From Tubiluchus corallicola (taxonomy: Eukaryota > Animalia > Priapulida), in NCBI GenBank assembly GCA_030141605.1, contig JAQGDQ010000071.1, positions 351,605 through 415,604 of the forward strand: 64,000 nucleotides of DNA, written 5' to 3'. How positions within the stretch are numbered: position 1 is the stretch's first letter; the number at the start of each line of letters is the position of its first letter. The translations under genes and the position numbers were made by a program. Under the pieces are notes generated by a model. It saw only the letters and a list, made by a program, of their open reading frames with translations, was not told the origin of the DNA and searched no databases. This document shows, piece by piece, positions 1 to 17,800 of this stretch.

Positions 1-417
1 ACGAAATTTGAGCATCCGAGGTAATTATTATTTAATCTAAGCTTTGGTTTAAAAAAGGCTATTGTTTTCAATATTTTAGAGTATTCTTATTCTGAAGTAA
101 TGTTTACACAATCATCCGGTTTTCCTTGAAAGGACAGCAACTTTCCAAGAGTTTGCTAATGTCAATTCACCAAACAATGTGCCATATTTTCCAACTAATT
201 TTCAAATTATATAAATAGAAAAATTTGTCTTATGTTTGGAGTACCAAGCCGCATCATATTGTGCTAGCCAAGTTAACTAAATAGTACTGGAAAAAATTCT
301 GAAAGATATTTATAATTTGCAAGGGTAACTTGGACAAAACTGTCTTGGATAAAAACCAGAACACGAAAATCAAGTATCAGATACAAGTATCAATTAATCA
401 GCTCATAAGAATGTGCT

Positions 418-6151
<5,734 letters not shown>

Positions 6152-7204
6152 TTATGTGACAGTGAATACCTGAAATCAGAAGCAGATCCATAGTAAAGAA
6201 AATGCCACAACACAATTTGCTAACATTCTATACTCTATTTTTAATTTCGCTGCAAACCTGGGAAGCTAAAAAGCTAATTTAAGTAAAATTTGTGTAGTTC
6301 CTTGTTTCACCATCTTATACGTGTACACAAGACATGTGGCTCAGAATTCAGTAAAATATCAATCAAACCAAGAAGCAAGAAAAAGTCATTCCACACAAAT
6401 AAGCGTAATGACAAAAGAAGTGACAATATTAAAAAGAAATTCTATGTGATGCAACAATAAATGATAAAATAATGATAATTTATTTGTAGAGTACAGGAAA
6501 TGACCAATTATTGTCATTAGTTGCACTAAAATAAAAGGTTTACAATTAAAAATAACTGCAATTAAAATACAAGCTCACAATAAAAATTCACCAGTCACAC
6601 TAACTAAATGTTATAATACAGAAATAATTGCTACACGGTCAAAGTTTATCGATGAATTTTTGTAAATTGAACTTTGCATTATTAGCAGGTAAATTCTATG
6701 ACTGCAGCCAGGTAACATATTGACTATTGTAAACAAGGTGATGCAGCCAGCAGCAGCAGGTCAGATTGTGTATAGTTTCTACATAAATCCTGATAGACAG
6801 ACACCAAGTGAATAAGATACAAGTAGATGCATAGAAATAACTAATTGTAGTGCCACACAGCCACAATTACATTGCTCAATAAAATGCAGTATGTAGAACA
6901 AATGTGCACCAAACACCATTTCAGTTCTGTAGAAATAGGCCTATGAATCCAGAAGACAAGGCACATATAATCTAATCATCAGGATAAGTGACATAATAAC
7001 ATAATGTAATGTATTTAAACTAGGCTATTACAGTGTACTGAAAATTTAGAGCGTAGTGCCATAGTGGCAAGTTTTATGTTGCGTTTTTTTACATCCGAGC
7101 AGATTCACTAACTCAACTGCCATTAGTGTTCTGGTCTGGTCCACAAATAATTATTTTAGAAATTTAAACTTAATACCAGTAACCCCTGATCACTGTATAC
7201 ACAT

Positions 7205-7465
7205 CTTGACTTACCAGTACTACTTCCTAAATTTGAAAATTAATTAGAAAGAGTAATACAGTACTCAAGAAACATTTAGTTAGGCAATAGACACGACACT
7301 TATTACTTTATGTGAAGTTAAGTATACCCTATAAATAACTTTGTGAGTCACTCGGTTCAGGCTAATTTAACAGGTCACGCCTGTCAACACTAACAGACTT
7401 TCTATAAATTTTTCACAACAGTTACTGATTTACTGTCAACTCGCACCGGAAGCAGGAAGCTTTGT
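7205..7465 (-). promoter_or_regulatory. Probable CDC42 promoter and non-coding first exon
   Basis: Minus-strand donor GTAAGT at 7209-7214, 5'UTR acceptor at 6170-6171, tandem ETS-type motifs CCGGAAG/CAGGAAG at 7446-7459. Confidence 0.4.
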
Positions 7466-8449
7466 GCCATCTGGCGAGAGAATTATGGACATTTATCGCT
7501 ATTATTCGTCACGACCACAACATCATGGAGAAAATTATCTTACTTGATCAGCGATAATAATGCAGCAAAAACAATGATTAAATTTTGCTATTCTGTCGCT
7601 TGTCGAACAACTAAACTATAAATAAATTGAGCTGTGATTAAATTGTTATTAAGTGTTGCGCACAAACACTGTTGTTACTATATAGCTGTAAATTGTTCAC
7701 TTCATACATTGCAGGACGAGTATAGATGTATTCTGTTGTTGTTGTTTTGTAGTTCCTGCAGCTTGTCGTAGCTTGTTGTTTTGGCTCTTTTGCGTAGCTT
7801 TTTGCTATTGTTGTTCTTGTTGCTACTGGTAGTGTACTTGCTTTTCTTGCTGCTGCATGCTCTTCTCCCTCTTGTTGTTCTTGCAGTTTAATTCCTCCTG
7901 ACTTCTTGCTCTTGCTGTAGTTTTGTCATTGCTTCTGTTTTTACTTGTTGTTTTCCATTAATTATTGTCCTGAACCAACAACAACGCTTGCTGGTTCAGG
8001 TTTAGCTGTTGTAGCCTTAAATCTTGTTGGAGCTTGTGAAATTAATACAGTAGGCGCTTATTGCATAGAGGACACCATATCAATGAAATATTTGTAAAAT
8101 TTTTTGGCTTCACAACTGCCTGCAAATGCTCAGTAGTATTGTCAATATAAAGCATTGACAACACTATTGTCAATATTATTGTGCGTAGCAATGCCTTGCT
8201 ATCTTTGTTATAATTAGTATGTCAGCTGTCTGACACTTTATTACACAATTGTTTCGCAACTATCTTACCAGTTGCCCTTATTGAATACAATAAATCGACA
8301 TTTCGTTACTAACAATTATAACAGCACAGTGCTATCAAAATGTGTATCTTTTGTTTGGAAGGGGTGGGTATTTTTAATGAGTATTCCATACTACAGCTAT
8401 CTCTTATGCTCACACCACTGTTAAGGGATGGAGATCGAGATTAACCTTT

Positions 8450-8880
8450 GGAAAGGTCAAGCCTTCTGGGAAGTTAGGCTTATTTCAATGTTAGCAAAAA
8501 GTGTTAGAAGAACTTAGTAATAAATGTGTGATAAGCTCCTCGTGTAATTAGTAAAACCGCTTTAAAGTCGCGATCGCTCCTTGCTTGGACGTTCCTTACT
8601 TGCTCCCATTTCCCCACAAATGATGTAGAAAAGCAGCGCACCGTAAATTTCTGTCAAAAGTATAATATGTTTTTACAAAAAATTAGATAGCCAAGTTTTT
8701 GATAATTTTGCATGAACATTTAGTAAGCTGCAGAAGCTCGAATACGGAAAGCCCCGGTGTGCTTATGAGTAGTGACGAAGTCCACCAGCTACGTCATAAT
8801 TTCCAAGTGAAAGGTGGAACCACCACATCTGAAGACTTCTATACAGCGGTAGTATAAATTAACTATATGCTTTATAGACA
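8450..8880. repeat. Dispersed repeat (probable DNA-transposon remnant); inverted copy at ~30960-31392
   Basis: CTGGGAAGTTAGGCTTATTTCAATGTT...CGCTTTAAAGTCGCGATCGC matches the reverse complement of 31265-31380 over several hundred bp. Confidence 0.6.
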
Positions 8881-10145
8881 GTTTCCTTTGCAATTTGTTA
8901 TATTTTTCTTTGTTTAAGTGACACAACCGTAAAATAAATCCAACATGCTAAGTGACTTGTCCTTTCCCACTGACAACCTACCGTGTGGGAAGCACACCGA
9001 TGATCGTCATAGCCGAACTAATGGCTCCTTTAACTTCTAACTGTTGCTGGACTTTATCGTATGTCTAGTTTCGTTTCAGTACTACGTTCATAATTATAAG
9101 TGCACAGATATTATAAAATTATTAATGCAAAATCGGTAATTTAAAAACAGGCGAAAATAAAGTTTATCGTTCTTAATGAGAAAATAAGAAAATTATAAAT
9201 TTTAGAGACTTTTTTGTTAACCGTCTAGTAATTCTTAGTCCGTTTGTCGCAGCTTTTATTTACAGCTGCATCCCACGACAAAAATCTATCTGCACAAACG
9301 GTCTCACGCAAATTGTCTCAGACAAAAGTTGTCCTCACACGGCACTTTTTGTGCTAAACAAACTCTGTCATCAGAATTGGAATAAACAATTATTAAATGA
9401 TGCCAGGCAAAAACGACTGCTTTTTGTTGGTTTGATCTGGTTTATTCAACACAAATTGGAGTACCAAGTCTGCACACGACAGCAAGATCAGTTTGTCTCA
9501 GACAGAAAATTAAGAAAAATCTACCCGCGACAAAATTAGTAAAACAGCATTTATTGAGCAAAAATTTGTCTCACGCAAGATTTTAGTGACGGATTTTGCT
9601 TCGTGTGCGTTCTTTAAAAATTAATGATGATTCTTGCGAAAAAAATAATTCTGTAAATTCCGGTTTTACTTCACGATAATTGTCATTAATTAATATGGTA
9701 ATTAATATTGTCAAAGCATATTCGAAAACCAAGTAAAGCAACTTGGAAGTTATTTTGTTATTTTTAATGGTTTTCATATATTCCCAATATAAGCTTTTAA
9801 ATACCAAGGAACGTCATCAAATTTTGTAAAGTGAGAATCTGTGCTTTCCAATTTCCAATTATTTCAATCTACATTTTACGACCTATCATTTCGATTATCA
9901 ATTCTGTTATCTTGAAGCCGCCACCTTCGGTTTCATTTCTAGGGTCTTGCCAGAAACTGTCCAAAAAATAAGCCTACTTCTCAAAACTAGGTACTTCTCA
10001 AAACATGAAAAAGAATTACTGCTATCGTACCACACCTTCGATGCACCAAACTATAAACTGCTTATATAAGATATTACGCAGGTAATATAGAGTTCTATAG
10101 TTATGATGCCAATTTTTTGCTTTAATAATTGCTTTAGGGTTTGCC

Positions 10146-10634
10146 TTACAAATTGTCTTTATTGTAAGCTCCGTACAACGCACAACTATCTAACGTTGCT
10201 TCAACGAAGTTTGTACAACAATACGTGTAAGAAATAGGAAAATTTAATGAAGTAGCACATTTTTTACACACATCTTGTAACCCTGCGTTGGTGATACAGT
10301 GGTCAACTACATGCTTCCTGAAGCAATATTCTCGGACTAGTTTTCTGTGACAGCAGTCTTTTACGCAACCATCACGTTGACATATTCTACACCATTTAGC
10401 TGTCTCGGAACTGCCACAGTCAAACTGATTTTGATTCTTTAAGTCTTCGATGAGCCACGTGATTTGATCACCAGTTGGCAGAAAACTCGGGCGTTGATAC
10501 GCCTCATATTTAAGAAAGATACCGCCTCTCCGTTTTCGGTGACTCCTTGTTTGCTGAAATATCCCAACCGAAGATATTGTTTCCACTGTGTAAAGAAAGA
10601 CTAGTGCACAAACGACGAGACTTGATACTTGCAT
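10146..10634 (-). CDS. Secreted cysteine-rich prepropeptide, 162 aa, single coding exon
   Basis: Acceptor TTTCTTAG lies just before the ATG at 10634. Signal peptide MQVSSLVVCALVFLYTVETIS, furin site RKRR, then two tandem C-x8/9-C-xx-C...CC...C modules. Confidence 0.75.
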   Translation of the reverse strand: MQVSSLVVCALVFLYTVETISSVGIFQQTRSHRKRRGGIFLKYEAYQRPSFLPTGDQITWLIEDLKNQNQFDCGSSETAKWCRICQRDGCVKDCCHRKLVREYCFRKHVVDHCITNAGLQDVCKKCATSLNFPISYTYCCTNFVEATLDSCALYGAYNKDNL

Positions 10635-11014
10635 TCTAAGAAATTCGAAAAAAAGAATTAGGTAATGCATGACAAGTGGACAACGATCAGTTTTCTGAAT
10701 AAAGCTACATTCGTCTACAACTAACCGGCTTTTTTATAACTAGGTGAAAGAAAACTAACATGAAGTTGAGATTTCTCTTGTTCAGTAGAATCACAAAAAA
10801 CGTTCTGTTTTTAGCTGAGAAAATTCGAAGCGCTCAGCGTAAAAAATAAAACAATGAATTGTGCCTTTTCAAAAAAGTAGGCCTGTATTCGTAAATGAAG
10901 GCCTGTAATAAAGAAGAATTCAAGCTTCAGTTGGCCTTGGAGAATTTATAATTAAGTAGGCCTAGTACTATACCAGTTAAACAGGAATAAAGTCCCAGCA
11001 TCAGAATCTATTAA

Positions 11015-11045
<31 letters not shown>

Positions 11046-12449
11046 CAAAACTGAATAGGCCAGCATATCGTATACGCAAAACACGTATACGTATTTAAAT
11101 ATACGTATACGTGTAATTAAAGAAGAAAAACTACACTATTCTCACTAATAAGGCATATGTTTGTCATATTTCTATCTCATAAACTATTAAGTGCAAAAAT
11201 TAGGTTTATTTTTGATAGATATTTACAAACCAGTAGAATTTGCTGCAGTAGATCTTGGCCATATGATTGTGCATATCTCCAATTTGTTCATATAAACAAA
11301 CAGAAGCTATATACGTAGGCCTATACAAAACAAGTGACCGTGTGGGTGAGAGGGTGCATGTGTGTACGTGTGTGTTTGTGCTTCAGCGTCACACATTTGC
11401 TTTCGGAAATTGATACTGCACAATCATATTAGCGATTATTTGCAGAAACAAATCTTTTTCGCATTAGTTTACTAGGAGACCTTTTTCTGTATGTTGTTTA
11501 ATGTCATGCAGATCGTATTCGTTCCACTATCGTCAACATTCACTCGCTAACCCACTTTTCAAAATGTTGTCGCACGAGGACGGAAAACAATGAAGTGTTT
11601 ATCATATTAGCCATTAAATGTAATCCGAGAAAACTCATTTTTTACAGCGGTAAGAGTTTTTACATTGGACGGACATTACCAATTTCAGCTGAACATGACC
11701 GTCCTAATGTGTTTAGCAAGATTCATTTGTTGCAGTTGTAACGGTTCTTACATTGGATGAACATCAAGCAGGCTTTAGTCGCCAATTTTCACTAAACTTG
11801 GCCGTCCTAATTTGTTTATCAAAACTCACTTGTTGCAGTTGTAACGGTTCTTACATAGGACGATATCGAGAAGGTTTTGAGGCACAACTTCAAAATGTCA
11901 CCTACCCGTGCTTTGATCAGCTTACCAATTTGAATGATGAATTTTCTAAATGTCATCTGCTAATAAAGTCGTTTATAAATAAATATAGGAGCCGTACTGT
12001 ATAAACCAGTAAAACAAATTCTTTAATTAATTCTAATATTAGAGGTGTAAATTATACGAGTAGTGTAACTTCAATATTTAGTGGATCAAAATCCGTTTGA
12101 CTTTCGTCCTGTCTCGTAATTTGGTAGCACCTGCCCTAAGCAGCAAAATACAAGAAATTACATACTTCTTTTGAATAATCAGTTGGTCATAATCAAAAAT
12201 TACCCGAGTCTGTAGCCAGAAGAGCAAAACAATTCAAGTCTTTATAAAAATTCAACCAATCTACGATCACTATTATAATTATGCTGATTAGACAGATTAC
12301 TGCATACCAGAAAGCCAGTCAATCAGCTGGCCTATATCATAAATGTTTTGGTCCGGTACCATTTGACTATAGTGAATGTAGTCATATTTAAAGATAAATA
12401 ATTATATAAGAAAACCAGCAGACAAACCAAGTAAACCACAAAGAAGTAT

Positions 12450-14270
12450 TGAGGGCACGGATAACTGATGCAGCTATTATATGGATCTTTTAATCCCGAG
12501 TCGACATGCACACTATAATGTGTTTAATACGATATTTAACACAGGGTATTTTCCAGCAGAATGATCCGAATCTGTTATTATACCTATACATAAATCAGGC
12601 CCACGTAGTGACCCACATAACTTCAGAGGCATTAGTCTTTCAAATGTTATTGGCAAACTTTTTAAAGCTTTTTAGTGTGCAGCAAACTAGAATCTTGGGA
12701 TAAAAACGTGATGACTATACCTGAAATACAAGCTGCATTCCGGCCTAACTATAGAACTGCTGAGCGAAAAACGAAAAACTATATACTTGCTTCGTTGATT
12801 CTAGAAAAGCTTTTGATTCGGTTGATAAAAGTTGTTTGTTATACAAACTTAGTATATTATGAATCAAGGGCAAAGTCTTGCGCATTATTAAAAATCTGCA
12901 TACTTGTACTAAAAGCTTTGTTAAAACGCAGCATGGAGTCACAGACTTGTTTTCTGTCAGTTTAGGTGTTGCTACAAGGATGTACGCTTTCTCCTATGTT
13001 ATTTTCATTGTATCTTAGTAATTTAGAAGCATTTTTGCGAGTTGAAGAAGTAGATCCGGCCTTGCTTGTTGTTACTACTTTATGTTTGTTAATGTTTGCC
13101 GATAATTTAATTTTAATGAATAGTTCCATACAAGGTTTGCAAAACTTGTTAAACCTGTTAAGTGAATATTGTAGGAAATGGATACTGACAGTAAAACAAA
13201 GATTTTAATATTTGAGAAACGAAACATTGCAGTACCTGAACAAATGCCTTTTTACTATAATGGTAATATGTTACGTCACTGTACTGCATATAAGTATCTG
13301 GGAGTATATTTTACTAAAATGGATATTTCAACAAGGCAGAGAGCTCACCACCCACGCCAATTGTCTTGGGGGAACTGGGCAAATATCCCATCAACCTATC
13401 AATTAAAGTAAAAGTCATTAAGCTTTGGCTGCGTTTAGTTTACTACCAGATAATAACCTGTGCAAGGAACCTTACATTTTGTCTAAACAATATAATTTGC
13501 TGTGGTATTTAGGGCTAACAAAAAATACTGTCTGATATTAATCTAGTGTTTTTATTAGAAAATTATATAGTGCCATTGTATATGAATACTTTGCATATTG
13601 CTGAAGGAATATTACAAGCACGCTATGTTACCAATTGGAAAAATTCGAAATGTCGAAGTTATCCTTTTACGGTAAATTTAAAACTTCTTTTAAATTTGAA
13701 TCGTATTTGGTAAATGTAAAGAATATTAAAGATCGTATTGCATTGACTAAGCTTAGAACAAGCGCTCACTCATTGCCTATAGAAACTGGGCGGTATATAA
13801 GACCTCCTATTCCTCGAGAGGGCGTCTATGTGCCAAGTGTAATGAAGTCGGTGACGAATGCCATTTATTCTATTTTGCTGTAAACATAACACTGTCCGCA
13901 ACTTTGAGTTTTATTTGGTAAATGTAAAGAATATTAAAGATCGTATTGCATTGACTAAGCTTAAAACAAGCGCTATTCCACGAGAGGAGCGTCTATGTGC
14001 CAAGCGTAATGAAGTCGGTGACGAATACCATTTATTCTGTTTTGCTCTAAACATAATACTGCCCGCAACTTTCTTGTAAATACAATCACACGTTCTATTC
14101 CAGAATATTACTTTTTAAATATTGATGACAAACTAACTTGTGTAATGCAATCTCATGATGTCACTATTCAATGTGTTGTAGCTAAATTTGTTCGAATTTG
14201 TATGTAAAATTTTGTTGTATGGATGTTTGGTGTTTGATCGGCCCTATTGGCCAAAAATCAATAAATTACT
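12450..14270 (+). mobile_element. Decayed non-LTR retrotransposon (RT and C-terminal region), frameshifted, with an internal ~200-bp duplication
   Basis: QAAFRPNY, LLQGCTLSPMLFSLYL, LMFADNL (YADD-like), YKYLG, KLRTSAHSLPIETGRY, RLC..EVGDEYHLF; AATAAA and short-repeat tail near 14260. Confidence 0.85.
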
Positions 14271-14817
14271 ACTATAATATGCAATCAAACTGATGTGCGA
14301 TTTTATACTAGAATTATTAAGTATTTTTAATGCTTGTATTTTTCTGAAATAGACTCTAAATAATTAAATAAAATTTATAAATACGTTAAACGTGTTCAAA
14401 TCAGACTTCAAAAAAGTTTCGTTAGGAATAGGCGAAAAAGAGGAAATCAGCTGTAGGCGTCTTTTAGATATTTGCATCAAGTTTTTTCTATAGCTTCCGT
14501 TGACGTCTTTCGTACCCAATCCGGATGCGCAAATTTTGTTTTCACCTTTGTATATTTACTAGGTAAATATATGTTTATTTGTAAACTCGCCCAGGGCGTT
14601 CCACAACAGGTCAACACTTCTAACAAAAAAACATTAAAAGTAATTTTAAACAATTTGATAATTATTATTATAAATAAGTTCTATGATCGAAGACGCTTAT
14701 TTCAGTTTGTTTGTCTTATGTTTTTCGGAAAGCAAGGAAACAGACTACCTTTTAGCATTTAATGAGTTTGCGTTGTTTACACTCTAAAGCCCCGTAGACA
14801 GACCTTCTTGTAAACCG

Positions 14818-14854
14818 TATAAATAGCTGAAAAACTCCCACATTTGATTCATTT
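14818..14854 (+). promoter_or_regulatory. TATA box plus Inr of the peroxidase gene
   Basis: TATAAATA at 14818-14825 and TCATTT about 30 nt downstream, ahead of the ATG at 14898. Confidence 0.55.
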
Positions 14855-14897
14855 ATCTGTTTGGCACTACGTATTCAAAAAGTGAAAGCGTGACAGG

Positions 14898-17800
14898 ATG
14901 TTGGGTGACACGTGAGTTTTTTCTTTTTATTTTTCCCACTCATTGTGCCTTCCTGTTAGGAAAACATTGATTTTGTTCATTGCTAATGTTGTAATAATTA
15001 GTACCATCAAATTACTGGTCATAATAAAAGTTATACGTATTCAAAACATAAAAATGAAAATGAAAAAGTAAGAAAAGATGTTGGCTTTATTCGTAGTCAC
15101 TCAGGTTTAGCTTGATAGCGAACCATTGTTAATTAAGGAAACAAACTGCTGAAACAAACAAAATAACATATTACTATAGAAGTAAAATTACTATTATCAG
15201 TAGTGAAATACGTTAAGCAAGGCCGAGTCATGCATGCACGGATAACCGCCAGGGATCAGTACTCGTTCTTAGCGGATTAATTTGCCTTGCTGATTCTGTC
15301 TATTTACCTTGTATAGGGAAGACATTGCAGTTAATTACGAGCGAGGGTGAAATATTTAATTCATAAATTTTTATAATCGTAATGTCAGGATTATTTTTAA
15401 TGGTGGTAAAAAATGGCAATTAATTAAATATTTTTTATTACTATTAACAAAATTAAACTAAAATTCCACAATGAGCAAAAAATTGTGTTTTATTTGTTGT
15501 GGAATATTTATGCTATATCTATATCTATATTCCGATCATTAAACTTTATTTCGGTGACACTGCAGCTGAAACATCTCTGCTGATTCAGTGTCTTACAGAA
15601 TTAGTCTTAATAACGAGCCAGATTCCGTTCTCTCCATAACAATGCTTATTATATAGGCATAGTGATTTAGTGCCATTTAGTGCCGGTTTACAGCGAAAGT
15701 CGAATTGCAATTAGAGCCGAAACACCGAAATGTTTTTGACTACTTCTGCTCTGTTTTGCTCTTCGTATGAAAATTGAGATTCTTCACTGTCAAATCAGTT
15801 ACTAATGATTTTCATAATCTTAATAATTACAACTATTTGGATTATAACATTTGGCAGCAATTGTTAGTTTGCGATTTTTGCTGAATAACTTGTGATGGAT
15901 TTTTCCATTTTATGCATGCGGGAAAGTTGCATAGGCATAATTTGCCCAATGAAAAACTTACCTTTTATAGACATTACATAAAGATCAAAAACTCATTAAT
16001 GTATATTTTTTGTGTAGATTTGGGTTTAAACTCAGCTTGTACACTTAAAAATAAAAGTTTAGATGCTCAACTGTTCAATTAATTAATCACAATTTTTCTG
16101 GGGTACTTCTCCTTGAAGTAATTATTCGATAGGGTAATTTCTGATTTCCTATAAACCGCTAGGTTTATTAATTTATTTTGGCTTAGCACAATTCGTTGAT
16201 CAACCATTGTGTTAAAGCCAGCTTGTTATGATAACACACATAAGTCAATATCAATTATAAAGTTATAGGTATTTGTAAGACGATGTGTTTGTTGAATCTT
16301 GTGGAATTTATGCAAAATTTCATTTTTTTGCTTTTCCAGGCACCTTAGTCGAAAGTTTCTTCGACACGTGCTCGTCGTGTTAGTGTTGTGTGTGATAACA
16401 TGCAGCGCCAAGAAACTTTCACGTAGGCAGCTGCATGATCTTGTTGAGAAAGCAAAGAAAACGATTGCAGCTAAGCAGAAATGTAAATTCCAGTTTTCAC
16501 ATTTCTTTTTAGCATTTCTTTTCTTTTTTCACATTTTTCACATTTCTACACAAATTTAACGTGGAATAATTCTGAATGTTTATTAATTAATTTATTTTTT
16601 GTAATATTCAGTGAACTAGGACTGTATTACAAAACTACAATATTGGACTGCCGTCCGCTCATAGCGGTGGCAGGACGGATGACATCGCGGGTCACACCAT
16701 GCTGCATGTTTTAATTAAGTCAATCAACGCCTCACCCAAAAGGAAATTCGAATAATAGAGTCGAAATGACAATTTATTATTAGTGTTACGTGTTTGATAA
16801 AGAACAACCAGCTTACCTAGAAGAACGTAGTTTTGCGGCAAAGCCTGTGAAATGTGAACAGAGCTGCAATGAAAGACTTGACCACTGACAAGGGTCTACA
16901 GTAGGCCTTCAGTTTTTATGAGCTCAGGTGTGCACGTGACTAGTGGCTTTAACTAACACAAAGTCAGAATACGAGTCTGTGCTAGATGAAGCCACGCTCA
17001 CATGCACACCTGAGATGTCTACTGTTTACGGTACTGAGAGGTGTACTGCACTCTTGCCAGCATTAAATTTCATTTCCTTAATTTCAGCCCTGTAGTACAA
17101 TATATAACATATACAACAATGTAGTGACATTTACGATAAATATATAAAAATGAGATATAAAACAATAAAAAAGTAAAAAAATTAAATGTATGGCCTGAAT
17201 CAAATTATTTTATTATTGAATTAAAATCGGTTAACTCCAATTTTTATGCTTTAAGCTATTTCTTTAAATCCTTTAAATATGGCTTTTAAGAATAGGCAAT
17301 TAGGCCTAAATGTTTTAATAGTGTTGTTTCCTCATTAATTGAACACTTTTATTTGATTTACAGCGTCTAGCAACAGATACTTTAATTACCACACTAGATC
17401 AGACTCGAGATCGCTCGATGTTGCAAGAAAAGCTGAAGAGTTCAAAGAAACATTGAAGTTACTGGAAGATGCGTAAGGGAGAAATAGCCTTTATTGTAAA
17501 ATATAATAAATGCAATATAACAAACAGAAAAATTACTCACTCGCAAGAACTACAGTCAAATGGCAACCAATATTTCATGTTGAGTGTAGTTGTTGTGTGT
17601 AGTAGTCTGTTTTTATAACGAGTAAGACGTAAAAGGCATAAGTTAAATTTGTTAAATTAAAATTAACTAAATAGGCAATATGCTGTAGTCTAATAATAGT
17701 CTTGCATAAATTCAATACTCTTCCCTTTTCTCCCTATGCCAGCTGTCCGCGTTGTCGGTTGACATGAAATTATAGAGAATACGGTATTTTATAGTTTAAC

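Noticed and set aside
16623-17109. Possible solo LTR in a peroxidase intron
   Set aside because: TG...CA ends and a minus-strand AATAAA are present, but there is no TSD and no second copy to support it.
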